Source: Chara braunii (Eukaryota > Plantae > Charophyceae). Taken from it: 64,000 nucleotides of DNA. Positions within the stretch are counted from its first letter, which is position 1. Every line of letters begins with the position of its first letter. Shown piece by piece: positions 1 through 14,298 of the stretch. The notes beneath the pieces are model-generated. The model was not told the origin of the DNA. It saw only the letters and a program-made list of their open reading frames with translations, and ran no database searches. The position numbers and the translations under genes were made by a program. Location: NCBI GenBank assembly GCA_003427395.1, contig BFEA01000001.1, forward strand, positions 6,711,221 through 6,775,220, given 5' to 3'.

Positions 1-705
1 AGCAGGTGCTACTCCCCACCAATAGGTTGGAGCATCCGGGCCTGGACTGCTAGAGGAGGCTGCTCGTACCACTTCCTCTAGCAGCTGGCCACCAGTCTTG
101 AGAAAGAAAAAAAAGAAAAGCAACGAGCCCTTTTCGCTCCCTACTCCTACCAGTGGTCTCATTGAATGGCTGAACAAGTACGCATCGAAGGGCTACACAG
201 GTGGGGCTCCACCAGAGGTTGCAGGCAAGAGGCCTATCAGCCCTTGATTAGCACATGTAGTTGTTGCCGTTGTATTGCCTTGGGACCGTTTGAACATATC
301 ATCTATCGATTGATAAAAAGGGGGTCAGTGGAATATGTGACGGTTCAGGGGCAGCGATCGTGGTTTTAACACTGGGATGTCTGCCTAAAGTTTGGAGCAC
401 GGACGATCCCATTACCGCAGCTGTTTCCTTGAGTGGGCAACCTGGGCTACACTGCCCTGCAGTATTGAAATCTGTGACACGGGGCACCACCGAACCAGTG
501 TTGCATCTTTCTAAACACCTACAGTTATTTGCTTTTAGCAGTACCATTTGTTTTCCTGGACAGCGGCGCTCTGCCCTTTTAACTCTCATTTGCAAAGCTG
601 TAACGAAATTCTGCACTGTTGGAAACCAAAAAATCCCCTTCCAAGGATACTGGAGCACATGCTGACATCAGCTCAGACGTCCTGCAGGTGAGTATCGACG
701 GAGTG

Positions 706-951
706 CGTCTATGCAATGCTGCAGCAAGTAGCAAAACCAGTTCCACGCTCTTCCCATGGCACTCCTATTTTATTTCAGCTCCATTTTGTCTGTTTTCTTC
801 CAACCGCGGCTGTGCACAACCTACTCCATCGTCTATGCAATACTGCAGGTAGTAGCAAAACCAATTCCATGGTCTTCCTTCCCCTGGCACCGCTATTTCA
901 TTTCAGCTCCGTTTTGTCCGTTTTTGCCCAACCCCCACTGTGCACAACCTA
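706..951. repeat. Diverged tandem duplication, about 124-bp unit x2
   Basis: cgtctatgcaa..gtagcaaaacca..atttcagctcc..ctgtgcacaaccta occurs at 706 and again at 830. Confidence 0.85.
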
Positions 952-1944
952 TTTTGAAATCCTCTTTTAGGCACAAGGATGGACCATCCGACCGTGAGCT
1001 GGGCTCTGGTGGCAATGAACAAAAGAACAGTTAACCTCCGACCGTAGGATTGTGATCAGAATGCTTATACTCCGACAGCTTTGTTCCTTTTCACGGCCAC
1101 ACGCAGCTGCATTTAGTCTGGCTACTGGTCCAGCCCGCAGCCTCCTTGTGCACAACCGCTTGTTGCAGCCGTATGCACATCACGGCGGTCTACACCACGA
1201 ACCCACAATCGGGCAGCCAGAAGGGATTTTTTCAACAAACCCATTAGCAACAAGGGCTTCCCTTACACCACCAAGCGCAAATCCTCTTTTATTTATATAT
1301 TCATTAATTTTTTTGGTACTATAAGCTCCGATCTATTTGTGGGGAGCAGCACGTGCTGGGAAGCAAGCCCAGCGTCCCATTTGCAGTATGAACAAGACAA
1401 AACGCATCAAGAGAGTGGACCTGCTATGACGCCCTGCCAGCATTGATTACCCTTCTCGTGAGAGCCCAAATCCCATAAAGGGTTATCCCAAAGAATGCAC
1501 TTACATTTCCCAAGCACAACACCCAGGAGGCACTTCCGTATCAGGAATATACACTTCCATTAGCCAATCCTGAAACATGCTTAACATTTCATACGGCTTG
1601 CACTTTTTGTTTTTCCTTCTTTGTTTTTTAATATTAATAGACAGTCTGTCTTCTCCTCATATATGGGGGACAACTCTATTTTTGCTACCCTATTTTCTTC
1701 TCTGTTTCATGCCTCCCTTACACTAACTACCTTGCCAACCTACATTTTTAACCCACTCACACATCTCAGCAAGCAACCTACTATCCCAAGGCAACCCGGC
1801 ACTACAACCCAAGGCAAGAAGACACCAGACTCTCACACTCTAGACTATCCCATAAGCGAATCAAAAGAGGACTACCTATACGCCACCTACCTACGGTAGT
1901 TGGGACCAAGCTTAAATTTACTATTGAAATCTACGCTATTATAA

Positions 1945-2189
1945 GGTTATGGGTCTACGCCTACATATCTCTGCTCTGTGCGGGGAGGAGCACCCAAGCT
2001 CCTAACACCCGGTGAGTGCTGGAAAGAACCACTTACTTGCACAACCAGCCAGGAGGCACAAGCCAACACTCTCCTCTGGCGAACCTGAAGTATACCACCA
2101 GGTGGTCGTGGGGATGGAAAGCACAACGTTGGGTATTGAACCCACGACCTCCTGAGTGCCACTTACGTGCTCAACCAACTAAGCAAGCC
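1945..2189 (-). mobile_element. tRNA-derived SINE, family 1, copy 1 (about 245 bp)
   Basis: Reverse complement starts ggcttgcttagttggttgagcac..gggttcaataccc (Pol III A and B boxes) and aligns along its whole length with 16614-16860. Confidence 0.75.
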
Positions 2190-3520
2190 TGCTCGGGCGA
2201 CTTCATTTCTGGATTCAGAATTTGAAGGACCTACCCTATGCACCATGAATATGGCATATATCAAGACTCGCTGAAGACTTGGTTACAGCTGATAGCTTCT
2301 AGTGACCTTATCAGGCATGTTATCTCTTAGTCCCATACCGTTTCACCAATTCTTCATGGCAGACCCCCCACTGAGATAATCTGGCGGTCAGCTTATCACT
2401 CCCCACCTCCTGAGCTAGACTGCGTGTAAGCCCTGTGCCAATACCCTGCCACCCACAACCTAGGGTATGCCAGCCTGCTCTGCACACCCCCTACAAGGAC
2501 ACCCACTCCCCTCCATGGTTGTGCCTTCACAAAATAGTGCTCCCCCTATGACCAAGCCCTCTTGCCAACCCAGAGAAGAACATAACCCCAATCTGCCACT
2601 TCTCCCCAGGAATATTCAACTCCCTCCATGAGGATACCCTGTAGAGTAATGCTCCCGAGCGGTTACCCCCGATGGCACTATCCCCCACCCAATCCACACG
2701 TGCCATAGACCAGTGCTCCTCTCCAACCCTCCTGATCTGGTCCTGCCCCCCTAAGCCGTCTGGTCCTCGTCTCGGTGATAGCCCATCAGGCAGTGCTCCC
2801 CAAACCCATCCCCAAGGTTCTATTTGCTGCAAAAGGATGGGGGCCAAGTATGTGGGATTCCATGTAAGACCAACCAAGCGTGCACACATGAAGTGAGGGC
2901 CCACTGGAATCAAACCCACAGCCCATTGCTTGCAGCGCCGGAGCCCATTGCTTCAGAGGCACTCTCACAGGAGTCCCTCTAAGCCTCCTTTTCCCCACCC
3001 AGATTGCTGCTGCACGCAAAAAAAATAAAGAGTAAACAGGCGCAGAATGTTCTCTTTACGCCTTGCATCACCAGCCATTTTGCTCCAATAAGCTGAGCCT
3101 CTGTTAACCGCTGCGTTGGAACAAAATCGCTGGGAAAGGACCAGTGGTTTGAAGAGGGGGGGGAATCCCTTCCAATCTTTTAACCAGTACCAAACTAGAC
3201 TCGCTGAAGGGAGAAGACTGCCCCCCCAAAGAGTAGCCAGCCAGCCAAGTTCGGTAAAACACGTACAACCTTTGTCTGCTTTCCACCCAAAAGCCAATCA
3301 TGCCAGCATGTTTTCCTTGGTGGGAGCTATTAAACCAACAGTCCGATTGCGCGAGCATATTCTTCTTGCTGGAAGCAATGAAACCACCAGTCCCCCTGAC
3401 ACTTCCAAATTTGGGGGACCGGTACTGCGAAGTATCGGAAATTCTTTGGGCCTACCCGTACCAGAGGGAAGGAAAAAGATGCAGAAAAACATGAAAAATG
3501 TGTATGTTTGTCCCCAGAAC

Positions 3521-4364
3521 CTAGGCTTCATTTCCGTGCGCACGGGTGTCCCTGGCACGCACGGATCCTTGAACGGCCGCACGGTCGTGCGGGTCCACCG
3601 TACGGGCGCCGTGCGGCCCCAGCGCGGCGTTCAGAAAAAAAATTGCAAAGTTTTTCTCGGCTTCTTCTTCTTTTTCTCCTTCATTGTCGTCTACCTTCTT
3701 CTTCCCCTCCCGTGATCTCCTTCATCCCTCCCGCTCCCGCCTACTTCCCCTCCCGCCATGTCGTTTATCCCTCCCGCAATCTCCTTCGTCCCTCCCACAA
3801 CCTCCTACTTCCACTCCCACCATCTCCCTCATCGCTCCCACCATCCTCCACCTCCCTCCCCCCACTTCATTCCTGCTCTTCCACCATCCTCCACCTCCCT
3901 CCCGCCACTTTGTTCCTGCTGTTCCGCCATCTTCCACCTCTTTTTCGTCGTCTTCCTCCTACTTCTCTCCGCCATATCGAACCTCCATCCGACCTTCTCC
4001 CACCTGCCTCCCGCCACCTCCCACTTTCTCTCCCGCTATTTACCACCTCCATCCCACCGTCTCCCACTTATTTCCCACTACCTCCCACTTCCCCTCTCGC
4101 CATCTCCCACGTCTCGCACACCATCCTTCGCCTCCCTCCCGCCACTTCGCTCCTTTTCTTCTGCCATCTTCTTCCTCCCTCCTCCCGTCCTCTGCATCCC
4201 TCCCGCCATCACCACTTCTCAGCATATGTGGAAAGGCAGATTCGGGGACTTCTCTGCATGCGCAGCACGCCCCGATCACAACCTTTTTTTTTAATAAAAA
4301 AAAAATACCTTGCACGGGTGACCCGTCCAGCCCCCCAGCCGTGAAAGCTGCACGGGAAGCCTAG
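3521..4364. mobile_element. Non-autonomous hAT-like element (CTAGG termini), pyrimidine-rich interior
   Basis: Termini ctaggcttc / gaagcctag; 8-bp TSD cccagaac (3513-3520) / ctcagaac (4365-4372); subterminal cacgg/ccgtg repeats. Confidence 0.75.
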
Positions 4365-5271
4365 CTCAGAACTTAATTCTCTGGATGGTTTTTCTTTTTT
4401 CTTTCTCACACTAGTTGTATTTTTTTACCGAGAAGGCGAGCACCAAATCTACACACCTGATTGTTTTCATATGTTCTCACACAAGTTAGCACGACAACTT
4501 TTCGCATGCCACTGTTGAACCCCGTGCCAGGTAGGCCGACCACCTCCAGATACCAGCCAGCACAGCCACGACCCCAATATACCAATTCTAGAGCGTCAGA
4601 GGTACTGGCAGTTAAGCCCGGCTATGCTCCGCACTGCAGGTGCAGTCTAAGCCTCCTATGTTTCCATCAAACTACAGCACCAAGTTAGGCAATGTAACCA
4701 AACACCCACCAGTAAAGAGGAAAAAGAGGCCCAACACTTGAACCCCTCCTCCCCTACTCGCCACCATCTCTCTTTCCAAAAACAGCTATTTTTGGTGTGC
4801 TTACCTAGCGTTCCCGGGCCAGGCACGCCCGGCCGAGCGCCCGGGTGCCTCACCCGGGCAGGTGCCCCCCCCGGGCAGGTGCCCCCCCCGGGGTACCCCG
4901 CGAGTACTGCCCAAATCCGGCCTCATTTTCTATATTCAGGCATATTGGTTTCTCTGTGTTGAGGGGAGTGGTGAATTGAGGGGAGTGGTGAATTGAGGGA
5001 AGCAGGGCGGATTATCGGTTGGCCATTTGAGAGCGGGAGGGGGCGCCTCATTTTTCAGTTTCAGTCATATTGGTTTCTGTGTGTTGGGGGGGAAGGGAAG
5101 GACGGGGGGAGGGGGATCAAGAGCAGGGCGGATTACGGGGCGGGGAGGTAGGAGCAGAACTTTTAAGGTAGAAAGGAGGGGGTAGGAGGAGGTAGGGGCA
5201 AAACTCTACCGATTCGAAAGAAAGAAGAAAGAAAGAAGAAGCAGACTATGGCATCCAAGAAGAACTGTAGA

Positions 5272-5420
5272 GAGTAAGAAGAGGAGGAAGCAGAAAATGA
5301 TGAAGAAGAAGAGGAGGAAGCAGAAAATGATGAAGAAGAAGAGGAGGAAGCAGAAAATGATGAAGAAGAAGAGGAGGAGGGAGCGGGAGTAAGAAGAGGA
5401 GGAAGAAGAAGACAATGAAG
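5272..5420. repeat. 30-bp GAA/GAG-rich minisatellite (about 3 copies)
   Basis: gaagaagaggaggaagcagaaaatgatgaa repeated. Confidence 0.85.
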
Positions 5421-5489
5421 AAGAAGGGAAGGGGAGGGAGGGAGCCTATGCTAAAGAGCCCGGTAGCTTGGTCACCCTCATGATGTTGG

Positions 5490-7365
5490 GCGGGATCTTT
5501 GGAAGATAGGAAGAGTCTTTTGAAAAAATGATATGCCACCTTCAGACTTGCTGCCAAGGATGCGGGTGTAGAGGGATCAGAGGATACCGCTGGATCAAAC
5601 AAACGTTCAATGTTGGAGAGTTTTGCTCGTGATTGAGCCAAGGCAAAAAAGGACGCGTCCATTTGTCCTTCGGACGAGAACTTTGATAGCTTCCCTCTGA
5701 TTAGGTGGGTGCCCCTGACAACGATGTTGAGCAAACAATAAAAATTTGTTCTTGGATATCGATGGTTTGGGGAACGTCATTAGGTTGTTCTTGCGATTCA
5801 TAATTAAGGATTTGTTCATGAATGCTAGGAAGATTCTCACGCCCGGCCGGTCCTGCCCGGTCGGGCACCCGGGCGTGCAAAAACAAAAAAAAAAAAAAAA
5901 AAAAAGATTTTTTTTGTTTTTTTTTGTTTTTTGTTTTTTGTTTTCTGCGCTCTCCTAGACGACCCCAAATCCGGGCTCATTTCTGTTTTTGCGAATTGGC
6001 TGTCAAGGGGGAGTGAGAGGGGTATAAATTGGCTTGAAAGGCGCTAAAGGGGTTTAAAAAGGGGTGCCTTAGTGTGATTCTGTTATTTTCTTTGTTATCT
6101 CCGATTCTGTGAAGAATTTTAATGTGACCCTCAGCCAAAAGTCATTTGTATTGCAAGTCTACACAACATATATTTTTTTTCAGAATTTTTTTATTTCTTT
6201 TTCACTTTGTTTTTTGGTGCTGGGGCTGCCGGGGAGTCATGCCCGGCCGGGCACACGGGCGTGTACCCGGGCATAAGTTGGGTGCCTGTGCGGCCGGAAA
6301 AACAGCCTAGCATGAAGGTCCATTTCTTGAAGGTATTGTATTTTTGCTATGCGTTTTTGAGTATTCATTGCACTTCCTCGCTAGAAAAGCCATGCCATTG
6401 TCGCACCAAGCAACAAAGGAGTCGTGCTTATCTTTTGCGTCATGCCAAAATCCCAAATGTCCTCGAGATAATGTCTGAACTGACTGTGTGCAAGTAGGGA
6501 CGTGTTAAGCTTGTAAAATCCCTTACCTTGATCCAGTTTCTCGAACTTTCTTCCTAAAGAAAAGGAGAACTGCAGACATCTTGCGGTCTGCCGCTGGCCA
6601 TGGGCTTTGAGGAAAAATAGCGGCCCATACCAGCACTCTACCCAGGTCCTCTGACAATAGAATTACGTCAATTCTGGACCTAGATTGATGCGGATTACCA
6701 CTATAGCGTATGAAACAGAACAGTCGTTCCTGAGGAAAAGTCCTTCGATAAGAGTCTAACAACTGCTCAGCTTCACATAGAGAACGAATCATGTTCTCAT
6801 CCTCCTTGATGCATGATGGGCACCGGGAGGGTATCTTCCATCGATCGAGCCATCTATCTGGAGCCGCGTTAAAGTCTCCAGCCATTACTTAAGGAATCCC
6901 CTCTACAGTTTGCCTCCTTATGTCCTGGAACAACGTTATCCTCTTGGCCCATATATATCCATAACACATACGACTTCTATCTCTAACATTACCAGGGCCA
7001 ATACCAAGCGGCCATGTACCTCATTCGCTGCCCAGCATATTATTTCCGCTCTTCAATCCAGCGACACGCATATGGCTACTCCACCTGAGCCGCTCCTCAT
7101 ATTATTTCCGCTCTTCAATCCAGCGACACCCATATGGCTACTCCACCTGAGCCGCTCCTCGAAGCTCGGGAGTACACCTTGTGGAACGACCATACGATAT
7201 TGTGCGCTCTTGTGTGGGCAGGGGAATCTGTCAGATGAGTTTCTTGAATGCATAAGATCAGGCCGCGTCCTCCCTCCAACACCTCTGGGTTGTTCTATTA
7301 TAGCTTTTCTTTTTTCTGCATCTGCAGGTGCTAACCCATTAACATTAACGGATCTGAGGCCTAGG
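5490..7365 (-). pseudogene. Decayed LINE ORF2 fragment (APE endonuclease plus linker), interrupted by a MITE
   Basis: Motifs SVNVNGL, SGSGGVAI, MAGDFNA, LLDSYR and SRSRIDVILLS, then linker EGQMDASFFALAQSRAKLSNIERL; frameshifts and stops. Confidence 0.8.
5825..6310. mobile_element. hAT-like MITE (CTAGG termini) inserted in the LINE fragment
   Basis: ctagg..cctag termini; 8-bp TSD catgaatg (5817-5824) / catgaagg (6311-6318); gcccgg subterminal repeats. Confidence 0.75.
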
Positions 7366-8482
7366 TCTGTGGTTCTGGTAGCGTGATGCCAAGAGGAGTT
7401 TTTCCCATAAAAAACCTGTAGTGCGTCCATCAAAGTATCATGAGTAGGCCGGAGGGCATGGGGGAGGCAGGAGGGCATACAATACGCGAGCACACCGGAC
7501 AGGGAAGGACGACGGCTGGAGGGCACGGTGGGAAGGCGGGAGGGCCGACGTCATGCAAGCACACCAAACAGGCAAACCAGAAAGAAATACGAGTCCCAAC
7601 AAAATCGAAAGACCGAAAACAGCAAAAGGTGATGATAGACTGTTTCGTCGAAGTTGCCACGACTTGTCAGGACGCTGGACCCTTGACAATCTATGGAATC
7701 TTCGTATATGATGGTTTCGGTCCTGAACCCGTGTGGAAGGCGGACTGTCCACAAGGGGAACATAGCAGCGGGCAGCAACCCTGCGGAACACCAGGCAACG
7801 CAATAGAGGCAACACGGCTGTGCAACGCAAAAAAAGACTGCGAGGGATGACACGGCATGCAGAACAAGCAGCACAGCAACCATGCAGTGAAGCACAAGGC
7901 AACACCACCAAGGCAACCACACTGCAAGGGATGACAGGGTGTGCGGACGAGCAGCACAGCAACCATGCGGTGAAGCACAAGGCAACACAAACTACAAGGT
8001 GCGCAAGCAAAGGACACGGAAGGCACCGGCAGCGGAAGGGTGGCAAGGCAGCAGAGCAGTGAAGCGCAAGGCAGCATCAACAGCACGAACGCACCACATA
8101 GCAAACACAGCAGCCTGCCAAGAGCAACCTGCGAAGCAAGTTGGACAAGGCAGCGGCGGAGCGCAGACGAGGCAGTCCACACTCAAACACGGAGCAAAGC
8201 GGCACATGACCTAATCACACCACGGGTGAACCCCGCAGACTGTTGGTTCCCACCACCAACTGACCCAGGGAGTCACTCCGAAGAACATCCATCATCACCC
8301 ACAGGGCAGACAGACATCCCAAACTGAGTGGTCCCCCTAGGAGTGTTGTAGCTAGTCCAAATGTGGAATGACCGACTGTTTGCAACTGCTTAACAGTGCT
8401 CAGTTGGGCAGACAAAAAAACTAGAAAAAAATTGGAGAAAGACGCAAAGACAAACATACCAAAAACTGATCGTTTGTTTGTT

Positions 8483-8659
<177 letters not shown>

Positions 8660-9169
8660 ATGCTCAGCACATTAGTGCTAAGAACTCCATGTCAAGCCAC
8701 GATACGGAAGTGCAGCCCGTAGTCCAATACCATTAACTGGACTCGCACACATATCACTTGTGGAGTATGAGAACTTCTCTTTCCATTGGGATACCGCAGT
8801 TCCTGCCACTTCCTGGTAACCACACCGAGTAATCACAAGGACATAAGGCAAGTAAAGGAAAAGACTCGCAGGATGGAAAAGACAAAAAACAGCAACCAAG
8901 AAACAATCAGGCAAGAGCAGGGAGGCAACACATAGGCTAGAGGGCACGGGAGGAGGCGGGATGGCATCCAGCACACAAGGTGCTAAGGGAAAGACGAGGC
9001 GACAAGGCATAGGATAACAAACAGCAGAAAAGGGGGAAGGGAGATTGATGGAGGAGAAGGGGGGAGGGAGCCTATGGAGGGAGGAGGGACGTTACGGCAG
9101 ATGGAGCCGAAGCATTCCCAAAAAAAACAAGAAAAAACGACGATGATTTGTTGATGAAGCGCTATGGCA

Positions 9170-9560
9170 AAGGAAGAAACAAGGAGGAAGAAGAGGAGAA
9201 GAAGAAGAAGAAGAAGAAGAAGAATCGACAATAAGAAAGAGAAGAAGAAAAAGAACCACCGATAAATAAGAAGAAGAAGACGAAGAAGAAAACGAAGAAA
9301 CGGCAAAGAAGAACACGAAGAAGAAACGGCAAAGAAGAACACGAAGAAGAAACGGCAAAGAAGAAAAAGAAGAAGAAGACAAAGAAACGACGAAGAAGGA
9401 AAATAGCACTACGAAATGGGGGGGAAGAAGCAAAGGGAGAAGAATGAGACAAAACGAAGAAGAAGAAACGGAGACGTACTAGAGATGAACAAGAAATGAA
9501 GAAGTAGAAGAAGAAGAGGGAGAAGAACAACAACAAAAAGAAGAAGAAGAAGAAAAAACT
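9170..9560. repeat. GAA-rich low-complexity tract with short tandem units
   Basis: (GAA)n and gaagaaacggcaaagaagaacac repeats. Confidence 0.85.
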
Positions 9561-10320
9561 TACCTGAGTGGCGATGGCGTCTTCAGCGGGGGTGAGGAGG
9601 ATGGCGCGGCCAGAGGGTGGCAGAGTGACGACAACGACGATGGTTCGGCAGGGCGATGACGATGATGCTGCGGATGACCACAGAAGGGCGACAACGACGT
9701 CGTTGACAACAGCGAGGTAACAATGAACTGGCACCGGGGGGTAGGGCGGAGGGCGCAGGGCCACGTGGTAAATCCCAAGATTCGAATTCAAATTCTTGGG
9801 ACTTTCGTGCCGTCGATCAACGGTCCAGGCGCAAAAAAGAAAACAACAAAATGCCCCGGCCTGAGCGGCCTCCTAATTGAGGCCGCAGTGAGATTTCCTT
9901 TCGCTCCGGCCCTCTTGTCCGTGTAGCAGGGTTTTGGGTGGTGGCGCTGGGGGGGCCCGGGTGGGGGGGGGGGGGGGGGTTGCACGGCCGGGTGCCCCAA
10001 GCGCCCTTCTGGGGGACCTGGGTTGGCCTGTGCGCCTGTTCTGGAAAGCTAGGTGCTTGCCAATTTTATACATGTAGTACACCCATGTTATGATTTCGGG
10101 AGACTTCCATGTACAGGAAATGCATCCATCAAGGGTTAAAAATAGCAATGTGATTGTGCTAGTAACTGACATACTTTTTGCAGCCTTAGGCAGAATGCTC
10201 AACCTCAGGCTACAGTCCACGTGTGGCTAGCAATTGGCAGAGAAATATCGGTTCCTATTTTACTTAGCCAGCATACAACCACTGGTGTCTACAGAGGCAG
10301 ACCCACCTTTTGATACCATG

Positions 10321-10464
10321 GGCCTCACTCCACCACACAACCCTCTACATGTGTTTGGAGCTCAAAATCCTCTAGATACACTCAGAGTGTTGGACTCCTC
10401 CAAACGCATCTGGTCCTGAAAGGTGTCCCAATGCAAGAAGACTGTTGGGTAGTGGAGCGAGACC
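10321..10464. mobile_element. Tourist-like MITE (GGTCTCGCTCCAC TIR), copy 1
   Basis: ggcctcactccaccacacaac .. gttgggtagtggagcgagacc; homologous to 25742-25833. Confidence 0.65.
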
Positions 10465-11890
10465 GTATGTCAATGTTGAAAACTGCAAATCTGGCACGTT
10501 ATGCTTACTTAGCACAAGTGTGGCACGACTGACAAGGTTCGTGTTAGCGTAGCTCACACATTGCCCCAATGGGGCATCCGTTTTCTTGCTGGGAGTGAAC
10601 TTTCACACCATCATTTCTCTGTAACAGAAGATCAGACAAGAACTTCCACTATCAGGCAGCACCTAACAGGAATGACAGTGCTGAAGGCCCCAAGGGTCAG
10701 ACATAAGGGGTGCTATTTCCATGCTCAGAAAGCATGAATATGCTCCCAAACTGGCTAGTTTGAGTGCCAGCTCAGCACAAAGGCCCCAAATACAGCAAAC
10801 ATTGGGGCATGTTCTAAGTGAGGTAGCAGCCTGGTTGGCAAATCTCAATAATGCTGAATTTGGCTATGATGTGTTGGTATGACATTACCTCCTAATCTTT
10901 CGCCTTTGAGGAGGGCATTATACTTCCTTCCAGAGAGGACTGCTGCTCTACAGACAGCAAACATCATTTTCACTATTTCAGGAAAAGATGCATCAAAACA
11001 GTGTGGACATACTCTCCGTCCATCGCCTGGATAGTTTCCTTAGTTTGCTCAAGTGCCCCCATCAAACGACAAAAACAAGAAATGGCAACCTGTCCATCAT
11101 AGTGCACCTGTGCTGCATGCAACCAGATCGATCCACAGACCAGGTGTTGGAGCAAAGACGGCAAAGCCCAAGGCCATCATCGCATTTTTTTTTTTTTTTT
11201 TTTTTTTACTGCCTAGGGTGTTGTAGAGGCCAAGGACCAGACCCGCGGTGATTGCTGGCAGCGGCAGCCAGCAATGCCAGAATTAGCCCTGGTAGAAAAG
11301 GTTGCTCCACGGTAAAGGTCAGCAGATCCGTGGTTAGAATGAACTTCACCAGTTTCAGAATAAGGTTCCTGCTCCATAAGCACCAGCGGGTCCTCGCCCT
11401 ACGAGAGAAGTCAGAACATCGGGAGCTAAACAGATGCACCCTTGACTGCATGGTGGGCTCAACCCTACTGGGTCTTCGTCACCAGTCGGGCAGTCGCGGA
11501 TAGGTTTCCTGCATTTTTGTTTTTCCCTCCCGCTTATTCTTTGTGTGCACAAAAGAAGAAAAGAGTCCACACTAGTGCAAATTACAATTCAAACACAACG
11601 GCAACCAGCCCCCACGTAATCTGACCTCTGCAGGGCCCACAGTTTGGCTGACTGGTAGACAGAATAGGATATGGGACGCTGTGCAGAGAAGTCCCTGTCT
11701 GATCGAGCAGATGGGAAAGCTTCCAAAAATCAACGAGCTAGGGGCTTTGTAAGAATAAGAACCTCTATCCAGACTGCTCAACGGGAGACTGTGCAAAAGA
11801 AGTCAACAGAATCCCTTGGTGATGTCACAGACCGACGAAGAGGCCTGCGGCTCTCCTACGCACATATTGATTTGGTGGCTGAAGACTACA

Positions 11891-12191
11891 CCATATACTG
11901 TGACAGAGGATCAAGCACCATCATTGCTGCCTTTTGCACCGAAGACGATGAGCACAGAAATGGCATCAATTGGCCCAATTGCCCGTATCAGGGGAAGAGC
12001 GCACTCAAGAGCCTATGGACAGAATGTTCTTTGTATATCCCATATACTGTGACAGAGGATCAAGCACCATCGTTGCTGCCTTTTGCACTGAAGATAATGA
12101 GCACAAATATAGCATCAATTGGGCCCATTGCCCATACGAGGGGAAGAGCGCACTCAAGAGCCTATGCATGTGCATAATGTTCTTTGTATAT
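11891..12191. repeat. Tandem duplication, about 149-bp unit x2
   Basis: ccatatactgtgacagaggatcaagcaccatc..gggaagagcgcactcaagagcctatg at 11891 and 12040. Confidence 0.9.
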
Positions 12192-14182
12192 CATGCACAA
12201 CCCATGAACTTTTGAAATGCAGACCCAAATTCGCATCCAGATGCAACCAGATGACCAAAATAAAATTGATATGAATTCCCTGCGGCTATCAGCTCAACAA
12301 TATCTCAAGGCCGTCGCCCTTCAAACCACCACTACCTTTCGTAGGCAAACTCTAAACAAAATACCGTACACAGTTTTCTTCGCAGGCCCAGCGCCACCGG
12401 ACCAAAATGGCTGGTGTGCTAGTCAAAAGAAAGAAAAAAAAAAAAAAAGTTGTGCTGGTGCTTCGACAAACCTTTCCGCCTCGGAAAAAAAGACACTCGG
12501 AAGTAGTGGTGGTTTTCTTTTTATAAAAAAATGAAAGAAAAGAAAGAAAAGAAAGGGGCATCTGGTCGATTTCCTTTTCCAATCGCCTTCATTGTGACAA
12601 TGCTACCTGGCTTAGCGCCCGCACAAAAAAGAGAACAATCAAAACCAAACAAACTTGTCCCAACGCTGGAAACAACGAATGGCTCCTAGGGGGCCTGCTG
12701 TGAAAAAAACGGCTGCCAACCAAAAAAATGACGACTCCTACAATCGGACAGCGTCCTCTCGCTGATATTCCTGGCCGTCCTTTCACAGATATTCCTTCCC
12801 ATCCACGGCCATCGTTTGCCCTCTCCAGTGCATGCTGCACTCTCCTTCGCCAGTGCACAATGAACAGTTTGGTGGAAAACCCCTCTCTGCACATGCTGGG
12901 CCATCCATCTTGCTGATCCAAGAGCCTTCGCCAGAACTTCCCACTCGCATTTGGCACGCAACTTGCCATTCATGTTGGCCCACGGCCCATACTCCTTTAC
13001 TGTTAGGATGCAGAGTACACATCAAAGCTCAGGCCAGGGCCATGATTGCAGCTCGCTAAGCATTCTATTCTAGTCCTACAGCTGCATTCGAGTTATCCCA
13101 GACGCATCGGAGGGAAACGGGTCAAGTGCAGAGGCAAGGGATCAAACAACTGTCTACTGCACTCACGCGGGCTGACAGCAAAATCGATCACAGGTTTCAG
13201 GTAGGGTTGAACCGAGCTTCGGTGGTGTAGAAAGCACTCAAGAACTTCGGTGGTGTGGCAAGCACTGACGAGATGGGCCCCATATCCGCAGCTGCTGATC
13301 CCACACCCCCAGACCAGCCGTATGCTGCGGCAGACATGCCAACCAGAAACCGATGTGTAGCATAGTTACAAGGAGGACAAGTGAGAGGGAAAGATAGGGA
13401 GAGGGTAGTCGTACTATAGGTAGACTAACGAATACCATAACGTTAAAGAAATAGAATAGGGAGGGGAGTGTGTGAGGGCCGGAAGGGAGTAAAATGAAAA
13501 AAGCTGGGGTGAAACCGTAAAAGTGCACAGAAAGAAGGAAGGTGTCAACGAGTAGAAAGGGTACAATGAAACTGAGGACACAAGGCGGAAGGCCAATGTT
13601 GAAAAATACACTAATCAAATCGGAAAGCCACACAACGTCATGACAAGGTGCAGTGGAGACAACAAAGGTGGAAAGCGTAGTAGTAGGCTAAAAAATTGCC
13701 TGAGGTGCGTAGGAAAGTAACCAAAGAGGGGAAGGAAAGCAACAAATAAAACGTAGGGAAACCATTGGAGGACGGCCACATGCACGCGGGAACTGGCACC
13801 AAGCGGTGTGTGAGGCTGCCAGGCACACCTCCCTCGCGCCTCACCGTTCAAAGGATGCATCTGCTGTGTGCCTGGCGAAAGCGGCTAACGCAACAAGGGT
13901 GGCTGGACTTTTTCCTTTCGCCAGTCTTTCTTTCTCTTCTTGTTGTCATCTTTGAATAAACATGTGGCTGGACTTTTTCCTTTCGCCAGTCTTTCTTTCT
14001 CTTCTTGTTGTCATCTTTGAATAAACATGCTTGCCGGGGATGAGCAACCGAACNNNNNNNNNNNNNNNNNNNNNNNNNNNNNNNNNNNNNNNNNNNNNNN
14101 NNNNNNNNNNNNNNNNNNNNNNNNNNNNNNNNNNNNNNNNNNNNNNNNNACCGTCATTTTTTCAATTGAACGTCTACACTCA

Positions 14183-14298
14183 GGGCGTACTCACACTAGC
14201 AGTATCTCAAATTTATCTGACCACATTCAAGCCATACCTGGATGTATCTGGCCACAGTTCCGTCCAAAAATACGTAAAAACGTAGTGTGAGTATGCCC
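14183..14298. mobile_element. PIF/Harbinger-type (Tourist) MITE, 116 bp
   Basis: TIR gggcgtactcacacta / tagtgtgagtatgccc; 3-bp TSD tca/tca; related copy at 22610-22709. Confidence 0.75.

Noticed and set aside
3508-4364. 278-aa and 226-aa ORFs
   Set aside because: Stop-poor C/T low-complexity interior of a TSD-flanked element; no domain.
10440-10466. RT motif YGLAP
   Set aside because: The GLAP residues come from a MITE TIR, so they cannot count as RT evidence.
13899-14028. Perfect 65-bp tandem duplication
   Set aside because: Identical copies next to a scaffold gap; likely an assembly artefact.
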